Below, piece by piece: positions 13,030-25,639 of a DNA stretch of 64,000 nucleotides (position 1 is the first letter of the stretch; each line of letters starts with the position of its first letter). The notes beneath the pieces were generated by a model. That model searched no databases and had not been told where the DNA came from. It saw only the letters and a list, made by a program, of their open reading frames with translations. A program made the translations under genes and the position numbers. Source of the stretch: Eledone cirrhosa (taxonomy: Eukaryota); the NCBI GenBank assembly GCA_964016885.1, contig OZ024748.1, positions 16,368,001-16,432,000 on the forward strand. Reading direction: 5' to 3'.

Positions 13030-13074
<45 letters not shown>

Positions 13075-13155
13075 CATATATATATATATATATTTACATA
13101 TATATATACATTCATATATATGTGTATACACATATATAAATATGTATATATATAC

Positions 13156-13214
<59 letters not shown>

Positions 13215-13399
13215 TATATTCTGATATATATTCAGATGAAGACTTTGTATTCTTTAAACACAACTAGATATTTCATATTTTTGGAGCAAAGTCAAAAAAT
13301 GTATTCTTGGAGAACACAACAATTTTCTGAAACACATTAATGGTATGTTACATCTTTCATATTATGGAGTCTTTGTGGGATCCTTAATCTATGGTGCCT

Positions 13400-13850
13400 A
13401 ATTGGCAGAGGCATTAGAACATTGGTTTTAAATACCTTGGTATTTGTTCTGTTGCTCTGCATTTCTTAGGTTCATACCTTGTTGAGGTTAGCTTTGCTTT
13501 TCATTCTTTCAGGGGTCGATAAATAAAGTATTACTCCAGTTGTGGCAGATTGGTTGAGTTGTTAAAGAGTCTGACAAGATGCTTTATGGTATCTGATCCA
13601 GCTCTGTGCACTCTCAGTTCAAATCCTATTTCCTTAAGCAAGATTTTCAAATATTGGTTTCTATCAGCAATGGAAAAAATAATTGTTTCTATCCCAAGTA
13701 CAAGGCCAGCAATTCTTGGGGGGATGCAAATTGATTATATATGCCCCCCCCCCCCCCCCCCAAGTACTTTACTGGTACTTTATTTCATCAGTACTGGAAG
13801 GATAAAAGGCAAAGTTGACCTTCGCAGGATTTGAACTCAGAACATAAAGG
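13400..13850. mobile_element. cluster of older Nin/Deu-domain SINE fragments
   Basis: ctttgcttttcattctttcaggggtcgataaataaagta at ~13492-13530(+) and an inverse copy at ~13680-13850(-). Confidence 0.6.
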
Positions 13851-13974
13851 GATGTACCTAAATTCTCCAGTTTTTGCTGATCCATTTCCTCAATGGAAAG
13901 AATAATGGAGGCATAGTTTCTTTGGTTTAATCTTATAAAGGTCTTTCTTTATTTCCTTTTTTTATGCAGATCTC

Positions 13975-14625
13975 CACCTGATCTCGACACAAGTACTTGA
14001 GAAGAAACTAAATAAAAATATCATTCTTCAGAACATCTGTTGAGAATGTGTTGGTGTATGAATCATATACATGGCCCCTGATACAAGCAATTGAGAAGAA
14101 ATTATATAGTACATATACTAAGATGTTTAGGGTTGTACAAAACAAATTGGCATCAAGGTATTACAAATGAAAGGTTATATGCAAACTTATTCAAGGTAAC
14201 AACTACAATTGCTCAAAGATGGTTATGATTTGAAGGAGATTGCTAAAGATGTAAGCAAGAAGTTATACAAAGGTTACTATTGTAGGAACCAACTAATGAG
14301 AGATGCAGTAGAGGAAGACTTGCTTGAACATTCAGCAATGAACTCTCTGATAATACAAACAGGGAGCAGTTGTCAGGAGCGATGGAAATTCATGAACTGG
14401 GGAGAGACTGTGTGAGGAATGTTTGACTGTGGTCACAATGATGATGATGATGATATATATATATATACATACATGATAATGCAAGAACCAACTCACGGGA
14501 GACATGCTCAATTTGTCGTAGATCAACTCTCAGACAACACAAACTTCAGTAGGGAGCAGTTTCAAAGAGCAATAGAAAATCGTGAATTGTGGAGAGACTT
14601 TGTGGTTGAAATGATGATGATGACC
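13975..14625 (+). pseudogene. two decayed RTE-group LINE 3' fragments
   Basis: ISFFRTSVENVLVYESYTWPL..EKKL..TYTKMFR, KVTTTIAQRWL..EPT, then EPTHGR..VDQL..NRELWR; each ends in (GAT)n. Confidence 0.65.
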
Positions 14626-14799
14626 ATCAGTTAATTCCTTAAGGCTTTAGATATTTGCTTTACTTTGCTACATCTACACTAACATTTATCCAACTGGTGT
14701 CTACGGATACTGAAGTGTCTGTGTGAGCTAACTTCGATATTACTAGTACTTTGTTAAAAACATCGTATACACATGCTATTTTGTATTGATTCTTAGAGA

Positions 14800-14970
14800 A
14801 GAATCAGATCACCCTTGACTGCTACTGGTAGCATGGTCAGGTCGTTGGCGACTAAACCGGCAACCCCACCAAATTTACTTGGTCAGGCTGTGATTTTGGA
14901 CTCCCTGCAAGACAAAAAACCAAATCTGACAAAGAGCGGAAGAACTCATAAGACTCAACGGCCATCTATA
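14800..14970 (+). mobile_element. fragment of a repeat resembling an RTE 5' region
   Basis: ggcgactaaaccggcaaccccacc...tcaacggccatc; homologs at 25920-26135(-), 48965-49220(+), 49690-50085(-). Confidence 0.5.
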
Positions 14971-15709
14971 AGAAAAAAAAAAAAAAAAAAAAAAACCTCC
15001 CAAAAATTCAATGGGTCGCAGTAGTTCCAGCTGCAAGCATAGAAAGACTGGTGTAGTGGTTCTGAGAACAATGCGGCTTTGCAGATGATCAATGCAAATT
15101 GACAATGGAAAGGCGCTCCCTCTCGAGTTAGAAGAGAATTATTGACCTTCAGGAGAAGCAGCGACCCCTGATTGTATTCAGCAATTGAAACAAATATGAA
15201 GTACACCATATCCAATGTTCCTAGGGGTGGCCCTGGTTCTTCTTATTTGCAAGTGTAAACTCAGCCAGATTAGATTAGATTCCCTAAGCTGAACCATTTC
15301 TCTCTTTCAATTATCATTCCCACTCTATAACAATTTGTATGGTTAATAAGAAAAATTCATACAGAAAAAAACGGGATCCTTGATATGGAAACAGATGGGA
15401 GCTACTGGACTACACAAACATGTCCCAATATATTGTTGGGGGAGTGTATTGCAAGAAAAATTCATTAAAAAAATATGGTCCTCGGTATGGAAACAGATGG
15501 GAGATACTGGATTAAACAAACATGTCCGCACAATATATTGGGGATTGCATTGCAAGGAACCATATTCATATTCAAATGTTCTGTAAGATTAAATAGCAGC
15601 AATTAATGTTATCAGAAATAATTCTTCAAGATAATATTTTCTCATGTCAATTTAATCCTTTACATTTCATTTCATTCTTAATCGTTAATTTCTCCTTTTT
15701 AAAATGGAT

Positions 15710-17100
15710 AATCATCATCATCATCATCACCACCAACACCTTCTCTATCATCATCTTTATCATCATAACCAACACTATCACCAACATCATCATCAACACC
15801 TTCACCATCATCATCAACATCAACATCATCCCCAACATTATCATCAAACATCATCACTAACATCATCATTACCAGCAATTTTTATAGGGACAGTGTCATG
15901 ATGATATCATCATCACCATCCTCATCATCATCATCATCATCACCAACACCTTCAAGATCACCACCAACATCATCATTATCATCATCACCAACACCTTCAC
16001 CATCACCACCAACACTTTCCCCATCATCACCACCATCATCATCACCAACAACACCTTCACCATCATCACCACAAACACCATGATTATCACCAACACCTTC
16101 ACCATCACCACCAACACTTTCACCATCATCACCACCATCAGCATCACCAACACCTTCACCATCATCACCACGAACACTATCATCATCACCAACACCTTCA
16201 CCATCACCACCAACACCTTCACCATCACCACCAACACTTTCACCATCATCACCAGCATCATCATCACTAACACCTTCACCATCATCACCAACACTTCCAT
16301 CATCACCACCAACACCTTCACCATCACCACCAACACTTCCATCATCACCACCATCATCATCACCAACACCTTCACCATCAACACTTCCATCATCACCACC
16401 ATCATCATCACCAACACCATCATCACCACAAACACCATCATCATCATCACCAACACCTTCACCATTATCATCACCTTCGCCATCATCAATTTTTATAGGG
16501 ATGATAAATGACATTATTGTGACTATATCATCATTACCATCATCAAAGCGTGATTATTTCGATGTCATCATCGCCAGAGTCATCATCATCATCACCATCA
16601 TCAGTATCAATGTTTATATGGGTATCATTACAATGTATCACCATCATCATCAAAGTTATCAGTAGCATCATTATTATTATAGCATTCTCATTACCATCAC
16701 CATCATCATCATCATCACCACCATGTTATTAGGGTTATCATCATTATTACTATTATATCATTATCATCATCATCATCATCACAACATTATTAGGGGCATC
16801 ATTACGAATATACCATCACTATCATCATCATCATCGTCAATGTAATTAGGCAGATTATTTACTATCATATGATGATGTCTAACATCATCATCATCATCAT
16901 CATCATCAGTGTCAATATCATCAGTATTATCATCATCATCATTCTCATCAACATCCACATCATCTTCATCATTATCTTCATTATCATCATCATCAACATA
17001 ATCTTTCTAATTCTCATCATCAACGAAATCATCATCATCATCAAAATCATGATTATCATCAACCATCATCACCATCGCCATCACCACCATCATCATGTCC
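15710..17100. repeat. cryptically simple (CAT/CAC/CAA)n tract with a 24-bp sub-period
   Basis: Core unit caccaacaccttcaccatcatcac in 15940-16480. Confidence 0.9.
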
Positions 17101-17775
17101 ATGAATGTCACTGAGAATTTGTTTAATGTTACAGGAATAATGAGAATGCAGGGGACTATAATGAGAATAACGAGCTTCTTCAGAAATGACATCATTAATT
17201 ATGATACTCCTCCATAATTAAGTATGTAAATCTACTTTCAGTTTTGCCTCCATATCAGTAAATTTCCCATGACAAACTGACAAATAGAGAGAGAACAATG
17301 ATACTTCGACTTTGATTAATAAATCATCCCTTTAATCCATTCAAGTTTGGATTACCAATAACTGATAACTATAGACCAGCTTTTGACATCTTTCATATAA
17401 ATGTTGGCTAATATTTGATATAGTAATATCGCCATGTTCGACAATCACGTAAGCAGGGTCTTTAGTGGGCATCAAATTGATAATGAAAGTGAAAGTAAAG
17501 TAACCACGTTGCTGAAAAGAAAAATGAAAAAAATTTACAGCTCACACTTATGTAATAGGTTTAGCTGGCCACTTTATAAGGTTGTATATCATAAGGGGCT
17601 TCTTGGGTGTTTCAATGATGAGGGTTACAGTTATTTCTCTCTCTCTCTCTCTCTCTCTCTCATTCTCTTCTCTCTCTCACACACACATATCTCTCACCTC
17701 TGCAGATTTAGTTGGTCCCCTACTAGGTTGAATTTCATAAGAGGTATTGGGTGTTTTAATGATAAGGGCTACAGT

Positions 17776-17848
<73 letters not shown>

Positions 17849-17990
17849 GATAGATTGCTCGGAGCATTGTGGAGTATGAAAATGAAAAGAGGGCATGTTT
17901 AGAAAGTTGTACAATGCCTTGTACTGCTTTTTAAACATACCCACTTTTCAGACATACATATATATATATATATATATTCATATATATATA

Positions 17991-18330
17991 TGGAGGCATA
18001 TGGCTTAGTGGTTAGAGCATTGGTCTTGCAATGGAAAGGTTGTGAGTTCAATTCTCAGACCGGGTGATGTGTTGTGTACTTGAGCAAGACATTTTATTTC
18101 ACATTGCTCCAGTTTACTCAGCTGTAGAAATGAGATGATAGGGACTGGGGTCCATATCATTCCACTGCAAAGTGGTCGTGGAGGTGCCACGGCAAAAAAG
18201 CACCCAGCACTCACTGTAAATGAGGTTGGTGTTAGGAAGGGCATCCAGCTGTAGAAATCAAGCCAGAATCAGTTCCCGTCCCACCCTTGCAAGCAGGGAA
18301 AAAGCGGACGTAAAATGAAATGAAAATGAT
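17991..18330 (+). mobile_element. SINE family A, full length
   Basis: Near-identical to 125-477; inserted in (TA)n. Confidence 0.9.
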
Positions 18331-18335
18331 ATATA

Positions 18336-18472
18336 GGAAAAGAGTCAGGACCCCGATGGCTGAGCTCCGGCCGTCAGGGTCCTGACTCTTTCCCGATTAC
18401 CCACTCTACTACCCAAAGTATTGAGTACTCTGGTATGTTATGGTCCACCTGGTATCTTACCACAATTCTTTG
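18336..18472. mobile_element. fold-back fragment of a hammerhead-bearing pLTR
   Basis: 25-bp-arm hairpin 18336-18394 centred on ggc-tgagctccg-gcc-GTC; homolog with upstream GAAAC at 46017-46050(-). Confidence 0.55.
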
Positions 18473-18593
18473 TTATATATATATATATATTTTTACACAC
18501 ACATGGGCATAACGTTATATATTCAGTTCCTGGACCAGGTGGCACACACTGTTCCTGAGAAAGATGTTTTATTTTACATTGCTTTTCATAATG

Positions 18594-18931
18594 TGTATGG
18601 CTTAGTGGTTAGAGCATTGGGTTGCAATCTTGAGGTTGTGAGTTTGATTCTCAGACCAGATGATGCATTGTGTCCTTGAGCAAGGCACTTTATTTTTCTA
18701 TGTTGCTCCAATTTATTCAGCTGTAGAAATGAATTGTGATGTCACTCGTGCCAAGCTGTATCGGCCTTAGCCTTTTCCTTGGACAACATCAATGGCATGG
18801 TGAGGGGAGACTGGTATGCAGGGGTGACTGCAAATCTTCCACAAAAGACCCTGCCGGGACTTGCATGATGGAGGAGAGCTTTCTATATGTAAATCTCATG
18901 GTTATTCGTGACCAAAGGGGGTGTTTACCCT
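18594..18931 (+). mobile_element. CORE-type SINE with a different (non-RTE) tail
   Basis: Same tRNA head and CORE as family A, then gatgtcactcgtgccaagctgtatcggcc...ggtgtttaccct. Confidence 0.75.
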
Positions 18932-19279
18932 TTACATACATACATACACACACCTACATACAGCTCACACTTATGCAGATTTTGCTGGTAACTTACTAGC
19001 TTGAATTTCATAGGAGGCTTCTTGGGTGTTTTAATGATAGATGTCCCAACATACTATGAAAACCCATGTAAAATAAAACATCTTGCTCAAGAACAAATTG
19101 TGCTACCTGGCCCAGGGATTGAACATATAAGGCTATGCTCATGAATCCAATACTTTAACCACTAGGCCACACACCTTTCATTTCATGTTGATAAGGAGGA
19201 AATGGAAGTGCTGAACAAAAGCATGTAGTTGGTCTATAGAAGAGAAACAGTGGTTTAATGGTATGAGTTATTGGAAATT

Positions 19280-19515
19280 GATGATGGTGATGATGATGGT
19301 GGTGGTGGTGATAGTGGTGATGATGATGATCGGGATGATAGTGGTGATGATGATAGTGGTGGTGATGATGATAGTGGTGATGATGGTGGTGGTGTTGATG
19401 GTGGTCATGGTCATGATAGTGTGGTGGCTGTGGTGATGGCTATGATGGTTATGATGATGTTAATGGTGGTGGTGATGACGTTTGTTATGGTGATGATGAT
19501 GATGATGATGATGAT
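19280..19515. repeat. (GAT/GGT)n simple repeat
   Basis: Directly visible. Confidence 0.9.
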
Positions 19516-19909
19516 GAGAGGAATTTGGCTATTCTCTTCAAATAATACTATTAACTGTTGAAAAGGAATAAAGAATTTGATATACATAAAGGGCGTATGT
19601 GTGTGTGAATACATGTGAGTGTGTATGGTGTGTGTGTGAATATGTGTATGGTGTGTGTGTGAATATGTGTAAGTGTATGGCCGGGCATGTATGTAGCTTG
19701 TGTGTGTGAATGTGGAGTGTGGATGAGCATGTGGTCCAGCATTGTATGGGTGTGCATGTGTGTAGTGTAGGTGAGTATATGTGATTACGTGGTTTTGCTC
19801 ATTGCAAAACACTTACATAATTATAAGTGTGTGTGTGTGTGTGTGTGTGTGCAGGTGTCTCTATATATCTGTGTCATTGTGTGATTTTACCATAATACAA
19901 ATTAATGCC

Positions 19910-20013
<104 letters not shown>

Positions 20014-20039
20014 ATAGATACATACATACATACACACAT

Positions 20040-20640
20040 GTGGAACTCTCAATGTATGTGAGCAAGAACATAAATAAAGATATAACAGTCACTATCAAAG
20101 CCAGGGATAGGAATACTGGCAATCACAGTATAAAAGTATTTATAATAATAGCCAAACTGAAACCCAAAATCAACAATAGACTAGAACTCAACACACAGTA
20201 GCTAACAAAGACACAAACAGTACCTTACTCCATTACATTTCGAAAATGATATGACATAGCATAGATCAGAACATAGTTCAGATCACATATCTTCTGGTCC
20301 ATTCACCACTTCCAGGATTGAAAGAAAAAAACAAAACAAGATTTTCAAATTTGTTAAAAATGACAGCTAAAGAGCAATAAAAATATAGCGCTCTAAACTA
20401 GTTTCTTCTATTAATCCTTTGATGAAGGCATTTTATCCTGAAATATATAAGGACCTATAAAGAACTGCAATGTAACATCCCAACATCATTGTTATATTTT
20501 TAACAATTACTGTTCAATTCAAATTATGGGAGCTTGCAAAGAAAACACTATTTCAGATGATCCCGCTTTAGGGTGAAAGCAGAAATTGTTTGCTTAAATT
20601 TGTAATCTATGCTGACAATAAATATTTGCTCTACGGGCTT
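20040..20640 (+). mobile_element. 3' end of a PLE: GIY-YIG-type C-terminus followed by two degenerate hammerheads
   Basis: ITVTIKARDRNTGNHSIKVFIIIAKLKPKINNRLEL* resembles PLE endonuclease ends (..KEAxxIxxxKPxIN); tcct-(T)TGATGA-agg..cct-GAAA-tata-TA-agga at 20415-20453; second decayed motif ~20550-20587. Confidence 0.55.
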
Positions 20641-20758
20641 ATATATACTTATATATATAAGGTGTGTAGGTGGCCGTGTGGGTAGTTGTGGTGTTTCTAT
20701 GCATCAATAGATTGGAGATAGGGTTTTGATCTTCGACTTTATCTTAAATTTAAAACAA

Positions 20759-21107
20759 TGGAGGTACATGGCTTAGTGATTAGAGCATTGGCCTTGCAAT
20801 CGAAAGGTTGTGAGTTCAATTCTCAGACCGGGTGATGTGTTGTTTCCTTGAGCAAGACACTTTATTCAACATTGCTCCAGTTTACTCAGCTGTAGAAATG
20901 AGATGATAGGGACTCGGGTCCCTATCATTCCACTATAAAGTGGTTGCAGAGGCGCTACGGCAAAAAAGCACCCAGCACTCACTGTAAATGAGGTTGGTGT
21001 TAGGAAGGGCATCCAGCTGTAGAAATCAAGCCAGAATCAGTTCCCGTCCCACCCTTGCAAGCAGGGAAAAGCGGACGTAAAATGATGATGATGATCATGA
21101 TCATGAT
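20759..21107 (+). mobile_element. SINE family A, full length
   Basis: As 125-477; perfect internal hairpin atgatagggac-tcgg-gtccctatcat. Confidence 0.9.
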
Positions 21108-21674
21108 ATATATATATACATACACACAACCCTTATCGAATCCTCTCTGGCTTTTGGTCTTTGTCTCAATTATTACTTGTATGTATATGTGTGTGTGTAT
21201 ATAAATATATATATATATATGTTGAGATAATGAGTTAATGAAAGTCAGGCAAACACAATATAAATAGATAAAATTAATATATAAATAAATGTATGTCCTA
21301 TTTCAATATAAATGTAAATAAATTGCAGAGGAGAGAGAGGAGAGGAGAAAGGGGGCAGGGCCAGAGAAGAGATTTTGCTCAAAATATTTACATTTTGTTT
21401 AATAATTTTCAACAGTGTGTTATTCATAACTCACTACATGTTCTATGCAATCATGTAAGTCATGCTGAGAACTGGAGATAAATTAGCATCATTTATTGTC
21501 TGTCTGTCTGTCTCTTTCTCTCTGCCAATATCACTATATGTCTATCTCTCTGTCTTTTTGTCTCTCTTGATCTCTCTGTTTTTCTCTCTCTCCCTCTCTT
21601 TGTCACTATATGTCTATCTCTCTGTCTTTTTGTCACTCTCTCTCCTCTCTCTCACTATCATTATATGTCTATCT

Positions 21675-21860
21675 GGTGGATTGGCAGTATTGGTAGAGGG
21701 TTGGACGCCATGCTTTCCAGCATAGTTACGTCCCTTTATGATCTGAGTTCAAATCCCGCCGAGGTTGACTTTGCCTTTCATCCTTACGGGGTCGATAAAA
21801 TAAAGTACCAGTAATGCACTGGGTAATTGCTGGCCTTGTGCCTAAAGTAGAAACAATTAT
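21675..21860 (+). mobile_element. SINE family B (Nin/Deu domain)
   Basis: B box GAGTTCAAATCC; gactttgcctttcatccttacggggtcgataaaataaagtaccag; 15-bp TSD attatatgtctatct (21660-21674 / 21856-21870). Confidence 0.9.
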
Positions 21861-22663
21861 ATGTCTATCTCTGACTTTTTGCTACTATCTCTCTCTCTGT
21901 CAGTTTGACTCCCTCTCTCTTCCTTTCTCACTCACACAACATCTCTCTATCTCTGGCTATGTTTCTCTCGCTCTCTCTCTCTTTGCCACTATCACTGTCT
22001 CTCTATTTCTTTTCATCACTATCTTTCTCTCTCTTCTTCTCTATCTCTCTCAATCTATCACTCTCTCCTATTCCCCCTCTCACTTTGTCTGTGTCAGTTT
22101 CTTTTTCTCTCTCAATCTATCTCTCTGTTTACTTGTGACTCCTTGTCTCTCCATCTTTCTCTCAGACTAATGGCAGACTAACTTCTCTACCGTCACTGTG
22201 GTCAATATAACACACACAAACACATACATATATCATTATCATTGTCCCTACAGTCACACATACATACACATATATACACACATATATACATACATTCCAT
22301 ACATACCTAACATACACACATACATACATACATGACGGCTGCAACTCATGCATACATATAAACAAACATACATTACATATATATATACACACATATATAT
22401 ATATATATATACACACAGACAGACTGACACACAGAAACACATATATTGGACTGTTGGAGAAAGAACATAACTCCTTAATTTGTAAATTAAGAATGCCCCC
22501 CCCCACACACACACACAAACACACATCCATACATACATACATACATGATGACTGCCCCCTCGTTATCGAGTATGGCCATTGCACAAGAGAAAAAAATAAA
22601 AAAATAAATAAATAAATAAATAAAAAAAAATAAATAAATTTAAAAAAATAAATATATATATAC

Positions 22664-22728
<65 letters not shown>

Positions 22729-22880
22729 CATACATATATACATACACATATATTAACAATAATAATAATAATAACAACAACAATAATAATAACGACAACA
22801 ACAACAATAATAATATACATATACATATATACACACACACGCACACATGAACATATCTATACACACACACACGATAGCAA

Positions 22881-23452
22881 CTAACAGCGCTGCGATCGAA
22901 TGTGGCTTTTTAGCCCAGCCAATGATCTAAAATCTCTTGCACAGAGTCGGCAACCAAAACATTCACTGGGAATAGTCGGCTGTGGTTGGAGTTCATGTAC
23001 TTTTGCATGTCGCTTGAGCCCTCCTGCTGATTTACATTCTCTACCACATGTTTGGCAAGCATGATGAGTAGTATCTCCAACAGCAGCCTGGTAGTCAACC
23101 ACTGGTCTTACTTTATGACTGCGAAGATGACTTTCGAGTCCAGCATTGCTTAGGCAGAGTCTCGCACAGACGCTGCAAGTCAGCACCATAGGAGGACCCT
23201 CGCCGTCTGGAAGTGCAACAGCAATGCCCTTGCTCACATCCCACTTTACTTTCTCGTATGCGATTCGAGATGCCTCAAAGGCAACTTTTCCCTCATATAC
23301 AGTCTTTCTCCATTTATTATGATCAGCAGCAATATTTTCCCATGTATCAGCAGAGATGTTAGCGTCTTTCAAAGAGGCTTTCAAGGAATCCTTAAACCTC
23401 TTTTTTGGTTTATGTGGCGGTCGTTTTCCTTTAACTAACTCTCCATAAAAGA
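22881..23452 (-). pseudogene. 5'-truncated RTE LINE 3' end with tandem C2H2 zinc fingers
   Basis: ELVKGKRPPHKPKKRFKDSLKASLK..TWENIAADHNKWRK then CSVC..LESHLRSH, CQTC..LKRHAKVH, CRLC..LKSHIRSQRC; frame open. Confidence 0.85.
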
Positions 23453-23455
23453 GTT

Positions 23456-23486
<31 letters not shown>

Positions 23487-24473
23487 GCCACAATATTTTG
23501 AATCTTCAGACTACATAAAATATTCTTCTGATTCACAGAATGAATTATTACAGAAGGAATAATGAAAGATTCCTTTTATTTACAATACATCTGGGAAGGT
23601 AGCCAGTCAAAAATATACTTGAAGTTAAAAGAAAGAGACAAAACATACACACACATATATTCATCATCATCATCAGCATTTTATGTCCATTCTAACATGT
23701 TAGCATGGGTTAGACGAGTTGTCCTGTTGTGGGCAATGCCAGGTCATGTAACCATGTCTTGCTCACACACAGCTGATTTTGCCTTCGTTTCTACAGATGG
23801 ATGCCCTTCCTAACACCAACCTCATTTACATGTGTGTGTGTATGTGCGCACACACACACATACACACACACATATATATATATGTATATATACCCACACT
23901 TACATACATACATAAATACATATGTGTGTATATATATAAATATATATATATAAATATATATATATATAAGTAGAAGGGGTATTTAATTTGTTGGAAATCC
24001 GACAAATATAAATATAAATGGTTATAACTGATTTAGAGCACTCAACAAGTTCCTGGCATAAATATTCAATGATATTAAATTAATGGAAACTATATTTATA
24101 AAACCATATTTATTTTATTATATATATTTCAAGGGTACCAAAATACTTTGGTACGCTTTCTTCAGATAAAATACAAAGTTTGTTTTATAAATAGAGACAT
24201 ACCCAGGAAAATCATACCTTATCAGTTGGATATTCTCTGGATATATAGATATCTATTTATGTTTATTGGATATTCTCTGGATATATATATATTTATTTAG
24301 GTTTGTTGGTTTACCACTGGATAGAACTGGTCATTCCGTATGATCAACCTCGATGTAAAATTATGGAGAGCACTCAACGTAATGCAACTCACCCATCTTC
24401 GTTTGTGTAGTTGGTGGTGCAAGTACGGAGTTAATTATTATAATAAAACAGGAGGCCTCCTGTTATTTTATTT

Positions 24474-24528
<55 letters not shown>

Positions 24529-24556
24529 TATATAATCATATATTCTGGAGAGGAGA

Positions 24557-24982
24557 TTGCGTTGGTATTGACATGTAATGCGTATGAAGGATGACAGCTG
24601 TATAAAAAAAAGTGCAGGACACTGGATTGAGACCTTTGGCGCCATGCAGTTGTACAGAAGACCTGACTGCCATTGCATATAAACCCACAATCAATAGGCA
24701 CCTCTTAACCCAATATACACCCCAGCCCTACACACCCTCTCCTGTTCCGTCCACTGTCTCGATGACACAACAGTCCACACTGTAAGGTGGCCGTGTAGGA
24801 GACACGGTAAACAAGCCCCCAGTCCACACTGTAAATGTTGTTGGTGTTAGAAAGGGCATCCAGCTGTAAAAAAACCTACCAGAGACACTTCCGTACGAGC
24901 GAGTCACAGTCTCCTGACCATTCACGCATCAAATGGAACAAAAACCATCTAACCCATGCTAGCGTGGAGGATGGACGTTAAG
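24557..24982 (+). mobile_element. diverged 3' fragment related to RTE family 1
   Basis: LRWY*HVMRMKDDSCIKK..DLWRHAV followed by a 3' UTR homologous to 58255-58500. Confidence 0.7.
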
Positions 24983-25329
24983 TCTTGCAAAACAAATTCA
25001 AAAACGAAATAAATATTTACACATATATATATATATATATATACAGAGAGGGAGGGAGAGAGAGGGGGAGAGAGAGAGACATACATTCATACATACAAAC
25101 AAACATAATTCAACAGCATTAGATCATTGTTACAAGAGTACACCTCACTTTACCTATATATCAGCAGTTCCTTGTATTCTTTTGTCACTGACAGTACGAG
25201 CCTAATTCCTCTCTAATTGCGTGTTCTTTCATTTCATGCCACCAATTTACATGATACTGTCTATCATGTTCAACTTTTATTTTTCGGCTTCAGTTTTCTT
25301 TTGGCACACATTGGACAAAGGTTGGTGAA

Positions 25330-25399
<70 letters not shown>

Positions 25400-25406
<7 letters not shown>

Positions 25407-25485
25407 ATCCTTACGGGGTCGATAAAATAAAGTACCAGTAATGCACTGGTAATTGCTGGCCTTGTGCCTAAAGTAGAAACAATTA
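25400..25485 (+). mobile_element. 5'-truncated SINE family B
   Basis: cctttcatccttacggggtcgat...agtagaaacaattat within (TA)n. Confidence 0.85.
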
Positions 25486-25639
25486 TATATATATATATAT
25501 ATATATATATTCATATACATACATATGGTGGCTGCCAACTCGTTTTCGAGTACGGCCACTACTTTATATCCCTATAGAAGAACCCCTACCGATGCGCTGA
25601 ACGAGCGTGACTTTTTAGTCCAGCCAGCGACTGGAAAAC

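Larger units (their letters stand above)
12482..13036. mobile_element. palindromic PLE-type pLTR element (family P1) with two hammerheads
   Basis: Arms ~12540-12773 / ~12791-13036 plus a 58-bp one-sided tail 12482-12539; flanked by (TA)n on both sides. Confidence 0.85.

Noticed and set aside
15882-16514. Asp/Gly-rich 210-aa ORF resembling acidic biomineral proteins
   Set aside because: Triplet-repeat tract open in multiple frames; no signal peptide or splice support
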